Of a stretch of DNA of 64,000 nt, positions 50,885 to 62,500 are shown piece by piece (within the stretch, counting starts at the first letter, position 1; each line of letters starts with the position of its first letter). The notes under the pieces were generated by a model. It was not told the DNA's origin. It searched no databases and saw only the letters and a list, made by a program, of their open reading frames with translations. This DNA is from Azolla caroliniana (lineage: Eukaryota > Plantae > Polypodiophyta): contig JBHGNT010000021.1 of assembly GCA_043228905.1 (NCBI GenBank), forward strand, positions 11,222,001 to 11,286,000. Direction: 5' to 3'. A program made the translations under genes and the position numbers.

Positions 50885-52489
50885 GGAATCAAAGTCGAAG
50901 TTGTCTCTGGTGCATACCAGGATGCGGACTCATCGAAAATGACGTCTCGACTTACGCGACATTTTCGAGTTGAGGGGTTGTAGCACTTCTACCCCTTTTG
51001 CTCCAGTGAGTATCCTACGAGGATACATTTCTCCAACTTCGGGTCTAGCTTTTGACGCTTCTTGTCGGGGATGTGCACATACGCAATAGGGCCAAATAGC
51101 CGAACATGCGATAGGTTCGGCTTCTTTCCAAAGAACTTCTCGTGCGGAGAAAGTTTGTGCACACCCGATGTCGTACACCGATTCATGAGATAGATGGCCG
51201 TGTTAGCTGCTTCCGCCCAATACGATTTCGGCATGTGCTTTTCGTTCAGCATAGCCCGTGCCACTTCGAGGATGTGCCGATTCTTGCGTTCGGCCACTCC
51301 GTTTTGTTGCGGCGTATGTCGACACGAAAACTCTCGCCGTATTCTTTCTTTCCGTAGAAACTCCGAAAATTCGTTGGAGAAGTACTCCTGGCCTCCATCT
51401 GACCGAAGACATCGTACATGTCAGCCCATGGCTTTCTCGACTTCATTCTTGAATTTTTGGAAGGGTCCAACACGTCGCTATTTTGCCGCATCGGGTAGAT
51501 CCAACTATGTCTAAAGAAGTTGTCGATGAAGGTCATGTAGTATTGGCTTCCGCTGAATGTCGCCGTCTGAGCCGGACCCCATACATCGGAATGAATTACG
51601 TCGAGTACGCCTTTGCTCACATTCCGCTCCTTCGGAAATGGGTGTCATGTTGCATGCCGAATTGGCAAATGACCAAATGACACACATGCCTTCAATCTCT
51701 TTCTCCGCGAGTGTCGGGAACCCGATGACAACTCCTTTCGATTGCATTGCCTTGAGCTTTTGGAGATTTATATGGCCAATCCACTTGTGCCATAACTCTA
51801 TGTTAGAATTGGATTTAACGCCCTTCGTGAACATGGCCGATTTCATGTCAAGTGAGTTGAGAATGAACATTCGGCCCTCTCTTCGTCCGCGAGCGATGAG
51901 TCGGCCCTCTTTTTCGATGAAGCAATCACCTTGATTAAATCATACTTGCATTCCTTGCTCTTCTTCTCCAGACGGAACATTGCCGATGTGCTGAATCAGG
52001 TGCGTAGTGTCGTCTCCGGTTTTGACATAGCCGGGTCGGTCCGGCTCTCGAAGTTCTCGGAACCATTCTTGATGCGACGTCATATGGTTCAATGCACCGG
52101 TGTCATGAAGATTTTCGACAATGGTGTGAAAATCACATAAAATGTACAAAATCGAGTATGAATCGTATAAAACAATAATAGTGAAAATACTATTTTAAAT
52201 ATGTTTAATATCTTCGTACAAAAAGATGGAGGTCTTGAAGAGCTTTCAGATGAACTTTACTACATAAGAAACGGACATCTAAGTTTCAACTTATGTGGGT
52301 ATGAAGTTTTGCAAAAGAAAAAGAGAAAAATAAAACTGTGAAATATCCCACATAGATAGGAAAGTTAAGGCCCTGGCTATATAAGCACAATGAGATCCCT
52401 TATTTTTCATTTGTGCTAAGAGGACTTTGGCCACTTTGTCTAGATGGATGAATGTGGCCAAATTCCCAAAAATTGACTGGCAATAAAAT

Positions 52490-52860
52490 GGAATCAGTCG
52501 GTAATGGAACCGGAATCGGTTGGAAATCAATTCGGAAATCGGCCGGTAAGCTGGAAATTGGAACCGGCCGGTAAAGCAAATTGGAACCCGTCGGTAAGCA
52601 AATCAAAACTGGTTGGAAAGCAAACTGGGACTGGTCGGTAAGCAATCCGGAACCGACTGGTAAGCAAACTGGAACCGACCGGAAAGCAAATAGGAATCGT
52701 CCGGTAAGCAAACCGGAATCGACGAAATCGGCAATCGGATGGTGTCGGAAACCGGGCGAAACCGACAACCGGCGACCGGATGGAACCGGAGATCGGGCGG
52801 AACCGGCGACCGGACTGGGCCGGACCAAATGGATGCAAATCGGACGGATCGGTCAGGTCG
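52490..52860. repeat. Degenerate tandem array (CGGTAAGCAAA...GGAACCG, ~20-25-bp units)
   Basis: Repeated GGTAAGCAAA / GGAACCG / GGAAATC motifs. Confidence 0.75.
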
Positions 52861-53173
52861 GTTGATGGCGGTGCATGGTGTCTTAAAGATGTTTGGTCCA
52901 AAAGCCTAATAGTATTTTGTGCATAAAAGAAAAAGATGTAAGCAAGACTCGAACTTAACACCTCCAAGATAGGAAGCAATAAGTTTACCATTAAGCCAAA
53001 CCATTTCTTTAGAGATTATATTTCTATCATTATAACTTTACATATAAATTCTCATACATGAGAGCTAAAATGAGTGACGTGGTTATCATGCACCACATGT
53101 AATACATGAGCGCCAAATGGCAAACATGCATTTTATGCATATCTTGTACCCTCGAATGCATGAGGGCAACTAT

Positions 53174-53544
53174 TGTTGGCCGGTCAAAGAAGGCAAATGG
53201 GAAAGCAAGGTCGGATCGGATAAATATAGAAATAGGAATAGAATTATTAGGAGGGACGGATCCGGTAGTTGTAACCGATCCGGATCCGAACCGATTCGGT
53301 TTCGGTTAACGGTTGCCTACCGAGCACCGATTGTAATCTGGCCGGATGCCTATAAAAGGATCCGATGTTTTGTAATGAAAGCGCGAAGAATTAATATAGT
53401 TTTGCTTATGCTGATTAATCTTGTCTTCGTCTGTGCTTAAGTGTAATTATCATACGCGTGTATTAACATCCTATCCCTACCACCCCTTTGGAGAAGTGTC
53501 GGATAGACACCTGTGTTGCGGCTAGTCCAGCCATACATACAACA
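53174..53544 (+). repeat. 5' LTR of T2
   Basis: Direct repeat of 62633-63003; TATA CCTATAAAAGG ~53349. Confidence 0.97.
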
Positions 53545-53550
53545 CTATTT

Positions 53551-53560
53551 TGGCGACCAC
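53551..53560 (+). promoter_or_regulatory. Primer binding site, probably tRNA-Arg (10-nt match)
   Basis: TGGCGACCAC, complementary to ...GTGGTCGCCA of plant tRNA-Arg; 6 nt after LTR. Confidence 0.65.
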
Positions 53561-53596
53561 GATTCCTGCAGAGTGCAGAGGACAACCGGGGGATGG

Positions 53597-56500
53597 ATGT
53601 CTAGACAAAATAACGACCACATCACCGAAAGAGGGAGACGCCACGCCGAACGGCAGCGACGACGGGAAGCCCTGCAGCAAGCCGTTGACGAGATCCGGAG
53701 CGATCGGTCATTCTCAAAAACGCTTCGGCAAATCGCAGAAAACGCACTGCAGTTCCAGGTTCTACAAGCTTCCGACGAAGGCAGTAGCATAACCAGCCTC
53801 CAAGAAGCGGAGACACTACTACAGACTCTCGCTGGCGGCGACGGGGACGCAGCGGCATTTGCAACATTAGAGGCGGATTCGGATAGCGGGGAAAGCGTGG
53901 GATCCCGCTATAAAAACAGCCACGAGAACAACCCCTTTGAGTCGGATCGCTCAGCAACATCGGAACCAGAGGATGAAATAACTCTGGAGTTCGGTGACCG
54001 GCAATCGCCGAGGAGGGAGGAGCGGATACCAACACCACCCGCGGAGGAACCGCAGGAGCGGTTATCAACACCACCCGCGGAGGAACCGCAGGAGCGGATA
54101 CCAACACCACCTGCGGAGGAACCGCAGGAGCGGTTATCAACACCACCCGCGGAGGAACCGCAGGAGCGGATACCAACACCACCTGCGGAGGAACCGCAGG
54201 AGCGGAGACCGACATCGGAGGAACCAGCGCAGGAGAATCAGTGGGACGACACGATGCCGTATCCATACCCAAAGTATCGGGATGAGCCCGACGGAGAGGC
54301 ACATGTGTATGCATTCCTGCGAACATGGGAAGCCAACCACGTGTCCCAGAGACTGACGGAGCCCGAGGCCGACCGATCCAAAGTCGCCGAATTCGGCATG
54401 ACATTAGAAGGACCGGCGGCCCGGTGGCACGACAAGCACTTACCAGGCAGCTTCGCCACGTTCGAGGCATTGAAAACCCAGTTTTTACGCTTGTTTCATA
54501 GACGAGTGGAACAAAGGGAATTGGTCGGACAATTCTACACCACTCGGCAGGGAGAAAACGAGACGGTCCCACAATTTATCATTCGTTTCCAGACCTTGCA
54601 CAGTCAATTAGCAAGAGCACCACCCGAAGAGGAGGCCAAGGCAGTCTTTTTGGCTGCGTTAAAAGACCCACTTCGAGCGATGTGTGGAATCATCGATTTC
54701 AGCACCAGCACAATGGACCAAGTCATTGATCGGGTCCTGGAAATGGACAACACGAGCCCCTTCTTGCCGATGGGGGCGTTACACCAGGCGCTTCCGAAGG
54801 AGGAGGACCTCCGGTTCCGACAAGCCCTACAATGCACAACATGCCTAAATTCGGGGCACTCGACCGTTAACTGCACCCTGCGCGCACAGTGCATGATATG
54901 CAATTCTCGCGCCCACACAACGAACCAATGCGAGTATAACCTGTTAACTCGACAAGCGGCACCGGTCCGACACATAGAACCGCGCAATCGGGACCCGGAA
55001 GAGGATCGATTCCGGAGGGACGACCGCTACCGACGAGAACGCGGCGACAGATACCCCGATAGAAGACGCGACAGCTATGACCGAGAGGAGAACCGAAGGG
55101 ATAGCTACCCCCGGGACCGGTACGACCGAGACGAATCCCCGGAATACGAGCGACGCAGAGAAGAAAGGCGGCCAGGGAACCGGAATTTCCGACGGAACCA
55201 AAGGCGGGGATTCTTCCGTAGAGAAGAGCGTCGGGAGGCAACAAGGAATGACAAACCAGTAGCGGCACCGGAGAACCAAAAGACCGAGGACAACCGCCGG
55301 GGAATGCCCCTCCCCCAAACATGGGAAAAAGGAGAATCCAGCAACACGCACAGGGTGTACTGTTATTACTGCCGAAAAGAAGGGCATTACAGTAATCAAT
55401 GCCCAAGCAAAACAGCCGACAAGCAGCCAGCAGTCAACATGGTGACAGCCGAAGTACAGCAGGTTACCACGCGGTCGAAGGGGAAGGCCGCCGAATGGGA
55501 AGCCCAGGAAGTAATCAGAAAACAAGCGGCACAATGGATCAAAGAAGCCAACGAACAAGGTGCGGCGGAAGTAAGAAACCAAAATATGCCAAGGGAGGAG
55601 GAAATCGTACAGCCAGGAGAAAACCCGACATGGCAAGCACTACAAGATTGTCAGATCGTGCTGCCGTTGGCACGGTTACTGCAGTTGGTGCCGCGGTTCG
55701 CAGCAGACTTACAAGCCGCCGTAAGCAAACCGACGCCGACGCCAGCACCGGCATTTTTCTCCAACCCGGAGGAAGGCCCAGCGGTGGTTGATACCAGTAG
55801 CCCAGCAATCACGACAATCGTCAAAGGAAACGAGATTCCAGGAACAATTATTGACGGAGGTTCCGGGGTGAACGTCATTAGTCGACGGACATGCGACGAC
55901 CTAGGCATCCAGGAGTGGGAACCATGCCCCTTCTGGTTACGCATGGCGGATACAAGCTCAGTCCGACCAACTGGTCTTATCCGGGACTTGGAAGTAACAA
56001 TAGGAGGCCACGGATTCCGAATATCGGCCGTGGTACTAGAGCTGAATGTACAAGGCGCATATCCCCTACTGTTAGGACGACCATGGTTGCGAACGGCGCA
56101 TATCAAGCAAAATTGGCAAAAGAATATGATCACGTTCCGACGAGGAAAAACAAAGGTACGGGTAGCCACGCAACCACGGGTGCTCACTAGCAAGGAGGCA
56201 ACCCCTTTATATGCCGAAAGCATCAACATGTTGGAGGGCTTATTGGATGAGGAAGTTGATCGGTACCTCGAGGAACACCCACAGATCGTCCCACTTTTTG
56301 AGGTGGATATCACGGCAGCAGTAGAGCCGTACATCACAATGCCGGACGAGCCGGACAAAGTGGCGATCCGGGAACTACGCCAAGCACAGGAAGCCCTAGA
56401 AAGAGAAATGACGATATCCCAAAGGGTGAAAGCATCCCAGCTGGAAGAGGTGGACCTCGGCACAACAGAACAACCCCGACCGGTAAAAGTCGCGAAGGAA

Positions 56501-59083
56501 TTGTCGAAGGAGGAAAAACAGGCAATGGTAGCACTGTTAACGGAGTTCAAGGACGTGTTCGCATGGTCATACGAAGACATGCGAGGGTTGGACCCCCAGC
56601 TCTACCAGCACCAAATTCATCTAAGTACTGACGCGAAACCCATCGCTCAACGTCGGTACCGGATGAATCCAAACTATGCGGCAAAGGTGAAGGAGGAAAT
56701 TGACAAGCTTCTCCGGGTCGGATTTATCCGACCAGTCAAGCAGGCAACCTGGCTAAGCCCGATAGTGGTGGTCCCGAAAAAGAACGGCAAAATCCGGGTC
56801 TTCCTAGACGATTTCGCCGTCTACAGCCGACACGGAGAGCATCTCGATCACCTACGACTATGCTTAGAAAAGTGCCGCGAGTACCGATTAAGTCTGAACC
56901 CGGCTAAGTGCGTCTTTGGAGTCGCAAGCGGCAATTTGTTAGGCCACGTGGTGAGTCGAGAAGGAATCGCGGTAGATCCGGATAAGGTAAAAGCAATTCT
57001 CGACGCACCGGCACCGAATAGCGCAAAAGCTTTAAGCCGATTCCTTGGTCAAATAAGGTGGCATAGTCGGATGGTACGGCACCTTGCCGACTTTGCGACA
57101 CCATTGCACGCTGCTGTACATAGAGTACCTTTCCAATGGACAGAAACGGAGGAGGCAGCCTACCAAGCGTTGAAGGTCATGCTGTCACAAGCTCCGGTGG
57201 TGCAGCCGCCGGACTGGAGTAAAAGCTTTCACGTCTTCGTCGACGCGTCGGACGTAGCAATCGGCAGTGTTTTGATGCAACTCACGGAACCGAAATGGTA
57301 TCGGCCGGTGTACTACGCAAGCAGGAAACTCTCGAAAGCCGAACAGAACTACTCTACAACGGAACGAGAGGCATTAGGAATGGTGTACAGCGTCACAAAG
57401 TACAGGCACTATCTGCTCGGACGAAAGTTCTCCTTCCACGTTGACCACTCGGCACTACTCTACCTAGTCTCAAAGGCAGCCCTGACAGGAAAACTCGCAC
57501 GGTGGACGCTGCTATTACAGGAATTCGAATTCGACATTTTCCACCGACCCGGGGTGCAGCATGCGGTAGCAGACTACCTGAGCAGACTAGAATCCGGAGA
57601 ATCAGGGGACGGCGTACAGGATGAATTTCCCGACGCCGAGCTGTTTAAGGTCACGACGGCACCGGTAACGGAGACCACAGTAGCGGACGAAGACAAATGG
57701 TTAACCGAAATGCATCAGTTCCTGAGCACCGGAGTTCCCCCGGAAAACTTGGACCGAGACGAACGGAAGAGGATGGCAGTACGGAGCAGACATTTCTGCT
57801 TGGTAGGAGACACCCTCTATCACAAGGGGGCAGATGGCGTATGGAGGCGAGCAGTGCGGAGCGATGAAAAGGATCTGATCCTGAGGGAAGCCCACTGTGG
57901 AATTGCAGGCGGGCATTATGCCGGCGAAACAACAGCCCGGAAGATATGGCAGAGCGGACTATGGTGGCCGACTACCATGAGAGATGCCGTTAAGTATAGC
58001 AGGGAATGCGACCTGTGTCAACGACTGGGCCAACCCACGGAGCAGGCCCGGATGCCACATCACCCGGTCTTGCCATTAGAACCATTCCAAAAGTGGGGCT
58101 TGGACTTTGTTGGCCCCTTTAAGCCACCGGCAATGCGGACCGGAAATCGGTATATAATAGTGGCTACCGACTACTGCACGAAATGGGTAGAAGCAAAGGC
58201 ACTACGGGACAACACGGCGGCGTCCACGGCCAAATTTTTATATGAATGCATATGGTGTCGGTACGGATGCCCGATTGAGCTGATCAGTGACCAGGGAGGA
58301 CATTTCCTCGGGCAGGTGGTGGAAAGTTTGACATCATTCTATGCGGTAGTACACAAACGAAGCACTCCCTACTACCCTCAAGCCAACGGATTAGCGGAAT
58401 CAACGAATAAAACGCTACAGAACATCCTTAGAAAAATCGTCAATGAGAACCGGACCGACTGGGATACGAAGTTGCAGAGCGTGCTGTGGGCGTACCGAAC
58501 GGCGTACAAGACCAGCATCCGGACGACCCCGTTCCGACTGGCGTTCGGCTTGGAAGCAGTCATGCCAGTAGAATTCCAAATTCCTAGCTTAAGAATACAG
58601 GTTAAGGAGCGGTTAAGCGAGAAGGAATCCGAACGAATCCGGCTGAAGATGCTGTTAGAACTGGAAGAAAATCGAATAGCCAGCCTGCTACAGCTAGAAC
58701 TAGAGCAAAGGAGGAGGAAAGCCTTTGTAGACCGACACCGGCGCGGTAACGAAAAGGAATTCGGTGTCGGGAAACCTGTATTACTGTTCCAGACAAGGAT
58801 GGGGAGCATGCCAGGGAAATTGCGATTTCGGTGGACCGGACCATTCTGGATCACAAAGGAGTACAATGGGTCTTACCAGCTCGGGACGTTGTCAGGAGAA
58901 GTTGTGGGCAAATGGGCAAATGGTTTTCGCCTAAAACCGTATAAGGGGCACATGCCAGCTAACCCCTTCAAGCAAGACCCGGAAAACCTGAATGGCGAGG
59001 AACCGACACCGACGCGTAACAACGACGAGGAACCGACAACAGTGCGCACCGACCCGAACACATCGGGGGGAACCGAACAATGA
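53597..59083 (+). CDS. Gag-PR-(internally deleted RT)-RNase H-integrase polyprotein
   Basis: Open frame; knuckles CTTCLNSGH..C, CMICNSRAH..C, CYYCRKEGHYSNQC; protease IIDGGSG; RT reads KNGKIRV|FLDD; RNase H FVDAS; integrase HHCC and D,D,E; first ATG after PBS at 53597. Confidence 0.93.
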   Translation: MSRQNNDHITERGRRHAERQRRREALQQAVDEIRSDRSFSKTLRQIAENALQFQVLQASDEGSSITSLQEAETLLQTLAGGDGDAAAFATLEADSDSGESVGSRYKNSHENNPFESDRSATSEPEDEITLEFGDRQSPRREERIPTPPAEEPQERLSTPPAEEPQERIPTPPAEEPQERLSTPPAEEPQERIPTPPAEEPQERRPTSEEPAQENQWDDTMPYPYPKYRDEPDGEAHVYAFLRTWEANHVSQRLTEPEADRSKVAEFGMTLEGPAARWHDKHLPGSFATFEALKTQFLRLFHRRVEQRELVGQFYTTRQGENETVPQFIIRFQTLHSQLARAPPEEEAKAVFLAALKDPLRAMCGIIDFSTSTMDQVIDRVLEMDNTSPFLPMGALHQALPKEEDLRFRQALQCTTCLNSGHSTVNCTLRAQCMICNSRAHTTNQCEYNLLTRQAAPVRHIEPRNRDPEEDRFRRDDRYRRERGDRYPDRRRDSYDREENRRDSYPRDRYDRDESPEYERRREERRPGNRNFRRNQRRGFFRREERREATRNDKPVAAPENQKTEDNRRGMPLPQTWEKGESSNTHRVYCYYCRKEGHYSNQCPSKTADKQPAVNMVTAEVQQVTTRSKGKAAEWEAQEVIRKQAAQWIKEANEQGAAEVRNQNMPREEEIVQPGENPTWQALQDCQIVLPLARLLQLVPRFAADLQAAVSKPTPTPAPAFFSNPEEGPAVVDTSSPAITTIVKGNEIPGTIIDGGSGVNVISRRTCDDLGIQEWEPCPFWLRMADTSSVRPTGLIRDLEVTIGGHGFRISAVVLELNVQGAYPLLLGRPWLRTAHIKQNWQKNMITFRRGKTKVRVATQPRVLTSKEATPLYAESINMLEGLLDEEVDRYLEEHPQIVPLFEVDITAAVEPYITMPDEPDKVAIRELRQAQEALEREMTISQRVKASQLEEVDLGTTEQPRPVKVAKELSKEEKQAMVALLTEFKDVFAWSYEDMRGLDPQLYQHQIHLSTDAKPIAQRRYRMNPNYAAKVKEEIDKLLRVGFIRPVKQATWLSPIVVVPKKNGKIRVFLDDFAVYSRHGEHLDHLRLCLEKCREYRLSLNPAKCVFGVASGNLLGHVVSREGIAVDPDKVKAILDAPAPNSAKALSRFLGQIRWHSRMVRHLADFATPLHAAVHRVPFQWTETEEAAYQALKVMLSQAPVVQPPDWSKSFHVFVDASDVAIGSVLMQLTEPKWYRPVYYASRKLSKAEQNYSTTEREALGMVYSVTKYRHYLLGRKFSFHVDHSALLYLVSKAALTGKLARWTLLLQEFEFDIFHRPGVQHAVADYLSRLESGESGDGVQDEFPDAELFKVTTAPVTETTVADEDKWLTEMHQFLSTGVPPENLDRDERKRMAVRSRHFCLVGDTLYHKGADGVWRRAVRSDEKDLILREAHCGIAGGHYAGETTARKIWQSGLWWPTTMRDAVKYSRECDLCQRLGQPTEQARMPHHPVLPLEPFQKWGLDFVGPFKPPAMRTGNRYIIVATDYCTKWVEAKALRDNTAASTAKFLYECIWCRYGCPIELISDQGGHFLGQVVESLTSFYAVVHKRSTPYYPQANGLAESTNKTLQNILRKIVNENRTDWDTKLQSVLWAYRTAYKTSIRTTPFRLAFGLEAVMPVEFQIPSLRIQVKERLSEKESERIRLKMLLELEENRIASLLQLELEQRRRKAFVDRHRRGNEKEFGVGKPVLLFQTRMGSMPGKLRFRWTGPFWITKEYNGSYQLGTLSGEVVGKWANGFRLKPYKGHMPANPFKQDPENLNGEEPTPTRNNDEEPTTVRTDPNTSGGTEQ
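54020..54235 (+). repeat. 36-bp coding tandem repeat x5 plus partial copy (ER[I/L][P/S]TPPAEEPQ)
   Basis: GAGCGG(ATAC/TTAT)CAACACCACC.GCGGAGGAACCGCAG units alternating between two variants. Confidence 0.95.
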
Positions 59084-59095
59084 TGCGGCATATGT

Positions 59096-59565
59096 AAAAA
59101 AAAAAAATAATAATAATAATAATAATAAGAAAAATAATAAAATAAAATAAAATAAAAAAAAAAAAAAAAAAAATGATGACGTGCTACGGTCAAGAAGATC
59201 AAGAAAATCATGGTAATAATGAAGGAGGTAGTTACAACCGTCACACGGGTGCACGAGCTATTTAAAGCACAGAACGTGGGGGCGCCGTTGTACAGGATTT
59301 AAAACGCGCGTCAATTAAGGAGTCATAATGACAGACACGTAGAAGATTCGACACACGCGGCAAAGAAGCGGAAGCATGACACGCGGCAGCAAAGGACACA
59401 CATACTATTCATGACACAGCATGCGCAGGCGCCAAAAATAGGACATGCTATTCAAGGCAGAACACGTGCAGCCGTCAAAATTAAAGAGTGACATGCTAAT
59501 TATGGCAGGGGACGCGCGAAAATCAGGAAAAGGCGGCTGGAGGGAAACGCCACTATATAAAGGAA
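59096..59565 (+). promoter_or_regulatory. pol-ORF2 spacer: A/AAT tract and putative internal promoter
   Basis: Poly-A/(AAT)n 59096-59172, GCTATTTAAAGCA ~59257 and CCACTATATAA ~59551, all with counterparts in T1 (~40797-40855, ~40968, ~41083). Confidence 0.55.
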
Positions 59566-62500
59566 GAACCGGAGAAGGGTTCACTTTTTACGAATTTTCC
59601 CACAAGCAAACGCAGGCTCGACGCGCAGAACACCTACACCCCGACCTCAGACCACAGGCAGCAGCAGACGAAGAAGAAGCGATGGCACTGTCGGACGGAG
59701 CGCGACAATGGCTGACGGAGAACGGATTAGGAGGGCTGCTGCGGGTCGCTGACGCTCCACCACACAAGGAACCAGAGCAGGCGGCAACAGCGGTGGACTT
59801 AGCAGAGGTCACTGAAGGAGCGGTACAAGCGCTCACAGGGATTTCGGAGGGAGGACTTCAGACGATAGAGCTACCCTCGAGCCAAATATTCTTCGAGTAT
59901 TTCGGCGAATACTCCCTTAGTAGCAAGGCGTATCGCACACAGGGCGGAGAGAACCTGCTGTTCAGAGAGGTGGCCCGCACCCTGATGGAGTACGGGTTCG
60001 TGAACCCTCGTCCGGCAGCCATAGCCAAATACCGAGCAGCGATCGTCATCGCGACATTCGAAGGCCTCCAGGTGGACTGGCTCCATTTCATCACCGAAGG
60101 ACTGAAAGAGGCGATCAAGCACTTAGTGGAAGGGAAGAAGCCATGGGCCGGAATATCCCAATGGTTAACAGTGTTGGTCCCACCGGTGTCCCCCATCAAG
60201 CACAAGCAAAGAAGTCGGCAGGAGACTACCCCGAAGCAAACCATGAAACGCCGACGAATCCTAGAAAAACACACTCCAGGATGGACACAGGAAGAAGAAG
60301 CGCCGCCAGAAGAGGGATCATCCCGACAGCCGCGGAAAGAAGGCTCATCTCGACAACCGAGGGAAGAAGACTCCTCCCGACAGCAACGGGAAGAAGACTC
60401 CTCCCGACAGCAACAGAAACAGCAACAGCAACCGACAACGAAGAAGAAAAAGGCGGAAAAAGGCAAGGAGAAGGTGGCAAAGAAGACCAGCAAGAGGCAA
60501 ACCGACACCGAACCAGTAACGCTCGAATCGGAACCGGTACCAGTAAAGGAACCAATAGTGGCACCGACGGAGGACGCTGAAACAGAGGAAGACTCATCCG
60601 AGCCGATGTTAATACTACCACCCAGGCAAGGAAAGGAGAAACGAGCGACAAGACCGACCCCAACAGCGGACGAAACTCAGCAACGGGCAAAAGAACCGCC
60701 TCCAGTAACCGGAACAGAAGCGACACAGGATGAAGGTTCTTCTGCACCAAAGACGGCAGTACCGGAACGGACGGCGGCGGAGTTCGAAGAACAAAGAAAG
60801 GAACAAGCGCCGGAACAAGAGAAGAGGCCGGAGAAACAGCCGGAAAAACAGCCGGAGCTAGGCACGCCTGCTGACACCAACGAAGGCAGAACAAAGGCAC
60901 AATGGCTAAGGTGGTTGTCAGGGCAGTTGTCGGGAGTAGCAGACCAGATGGAGAAAGAGGAGGAGCAAAGAGAAGAAGTGACTAGGACGATGACTAAGGA
61001 TATGGTCATGCTCCGGGCACAATTACATGAGCTGCAAGAAGAGATAGCACAGGCAAAAGAAGGCAGCCGACAAGCACAAGATGGCACCGAGCCGGTCGGG
61101 ACATCAGAAAAGCAAGCCGAACCACAAACGGAGAAGGCCTTGCAAACCGGCCCTGAGACCGAGAAGTTAATAACAACTTTGAAAGAAGAATTACAGGCTC
61201 AGGAGGCATTGAGAGATAACGAAAGAGAACAGCGGAAGTTGGTAGAAGACGACAGACGGCGAATGGAGGAAGGCCTTCGCCGAAGCAAAGCCACCAATGA
61301 CCGACTACAAGAAGAAAACGGGACACTGCAAAAGGAAAAAGATAGGCTGCGCCGACGAATGGAGCAGGAAATTGAGCGGTTGCGAGAGGAACTCCGACAA
61401 CAAAAGGACCGGGATGATCAGTTGCGAGCTCAGGCGAACCGACGCCTAAAACAGAAGACGGAGGAATTCGACCGACTATGTAAGGATTATAAACAGGCCA
61501 CGTCGGACATCAAGAATCAGGCAGCAACGTACGACCGACAGATGGAGAAGCTGAAAGAGCAGCTCAAGGAAAACCGCTTGGAATTGTCCAAAGCAAGGGA
61601 GGAAGTATCGGCGGAGAAGACCTTGACGTCGGAACAAAGAAAGGAGATGGAAGTACTTCGGCAGAAAGTAGGGGAACTGACAAAGAGCCGGAACGAGGAA
61701 AAAGTGAAGTTGACTTTCGAAATCAACAAATGGCGGAGTACCTGTGACAAGCAGAAAGTCGACTCTGAAGCTCAAGCTCAGTTAATGGCCGACATCATCA
61801 AACGGATAAGGAAGGAAAAACAAGCAGCTTCGGAACAGGCTAAAGCAGGGGTTGACCGAATTAAGTTCATCATGTCAAGCTGGAGTACCCGAGCTCAGGC
61901 CAGCATAAATGAAAGCACGGAGAAACTCTGGAAGGAATGGGCACAACAGGCAGCTGAACTGCAGATACTCCGAGCTGATGCAGAAAATCGGAAGAAAAAC
62001 GGAGATGGGTTCTATAAAATGGACGAAGAAAGTATCGTCAACATCCGGGAAGAACTGTCGGAGGATTTCTATGCTCTAGCAGAAGAACATCTCAAGGAAA
62101 TCCGAGGGTTAGTAGAGAGGTTGGATGACGGACAGCTCGAAACCCAACTAGAATTGGAAGGGTACGAGAAGGACCGACTGCGACAGGAAGCCGAGGGACA
62201 CACAACGCCGATCTCCATTAGTGAGGGCGAGCGACCGGCTGAAGAGGACCCAACCAACAATGTACCCGAGGAAGAACTTCCGGAGCAAGAGCAGGTTGAT
62301 GCCGGGGATGATGCAGAGTGGAGACAGAGAAGTACCGAATCCGGGGAGGAAAGGACACAACCAGTGGAAACCGGAGAGAGCGATACCGGGAACGGAACGG
62401 AGGTGGAGCAGGACAGACCCGGACAGGATACAGAAGAAACACCGGTACCACCGGTACAAGCAGAGTCGGAGCAGCAAGATGCGAAAAGGCAGCCAATCCA

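Noticed and set aside
53513-53596. ORF-track start of the 1856-aa ORF
   Set aside because: It begins at a non-ATG codon inside the LTR/PBS; the first plausible ATG is 53597
52490-54235. Tandem arrays (52490-52860, 54020-54235) as CRISPR arrays
   Set aside because: No unique spacers and no cas genes; the context is eukaryotic retrotransposon
55651-56580. Long antisense ORFs opposite gag-pol and ORF2 (e.g. 309 aa, 316 aa, 274 aa)
   Set aside because: Expected shadow frames of GC-rich coding sequence; no independent motifs
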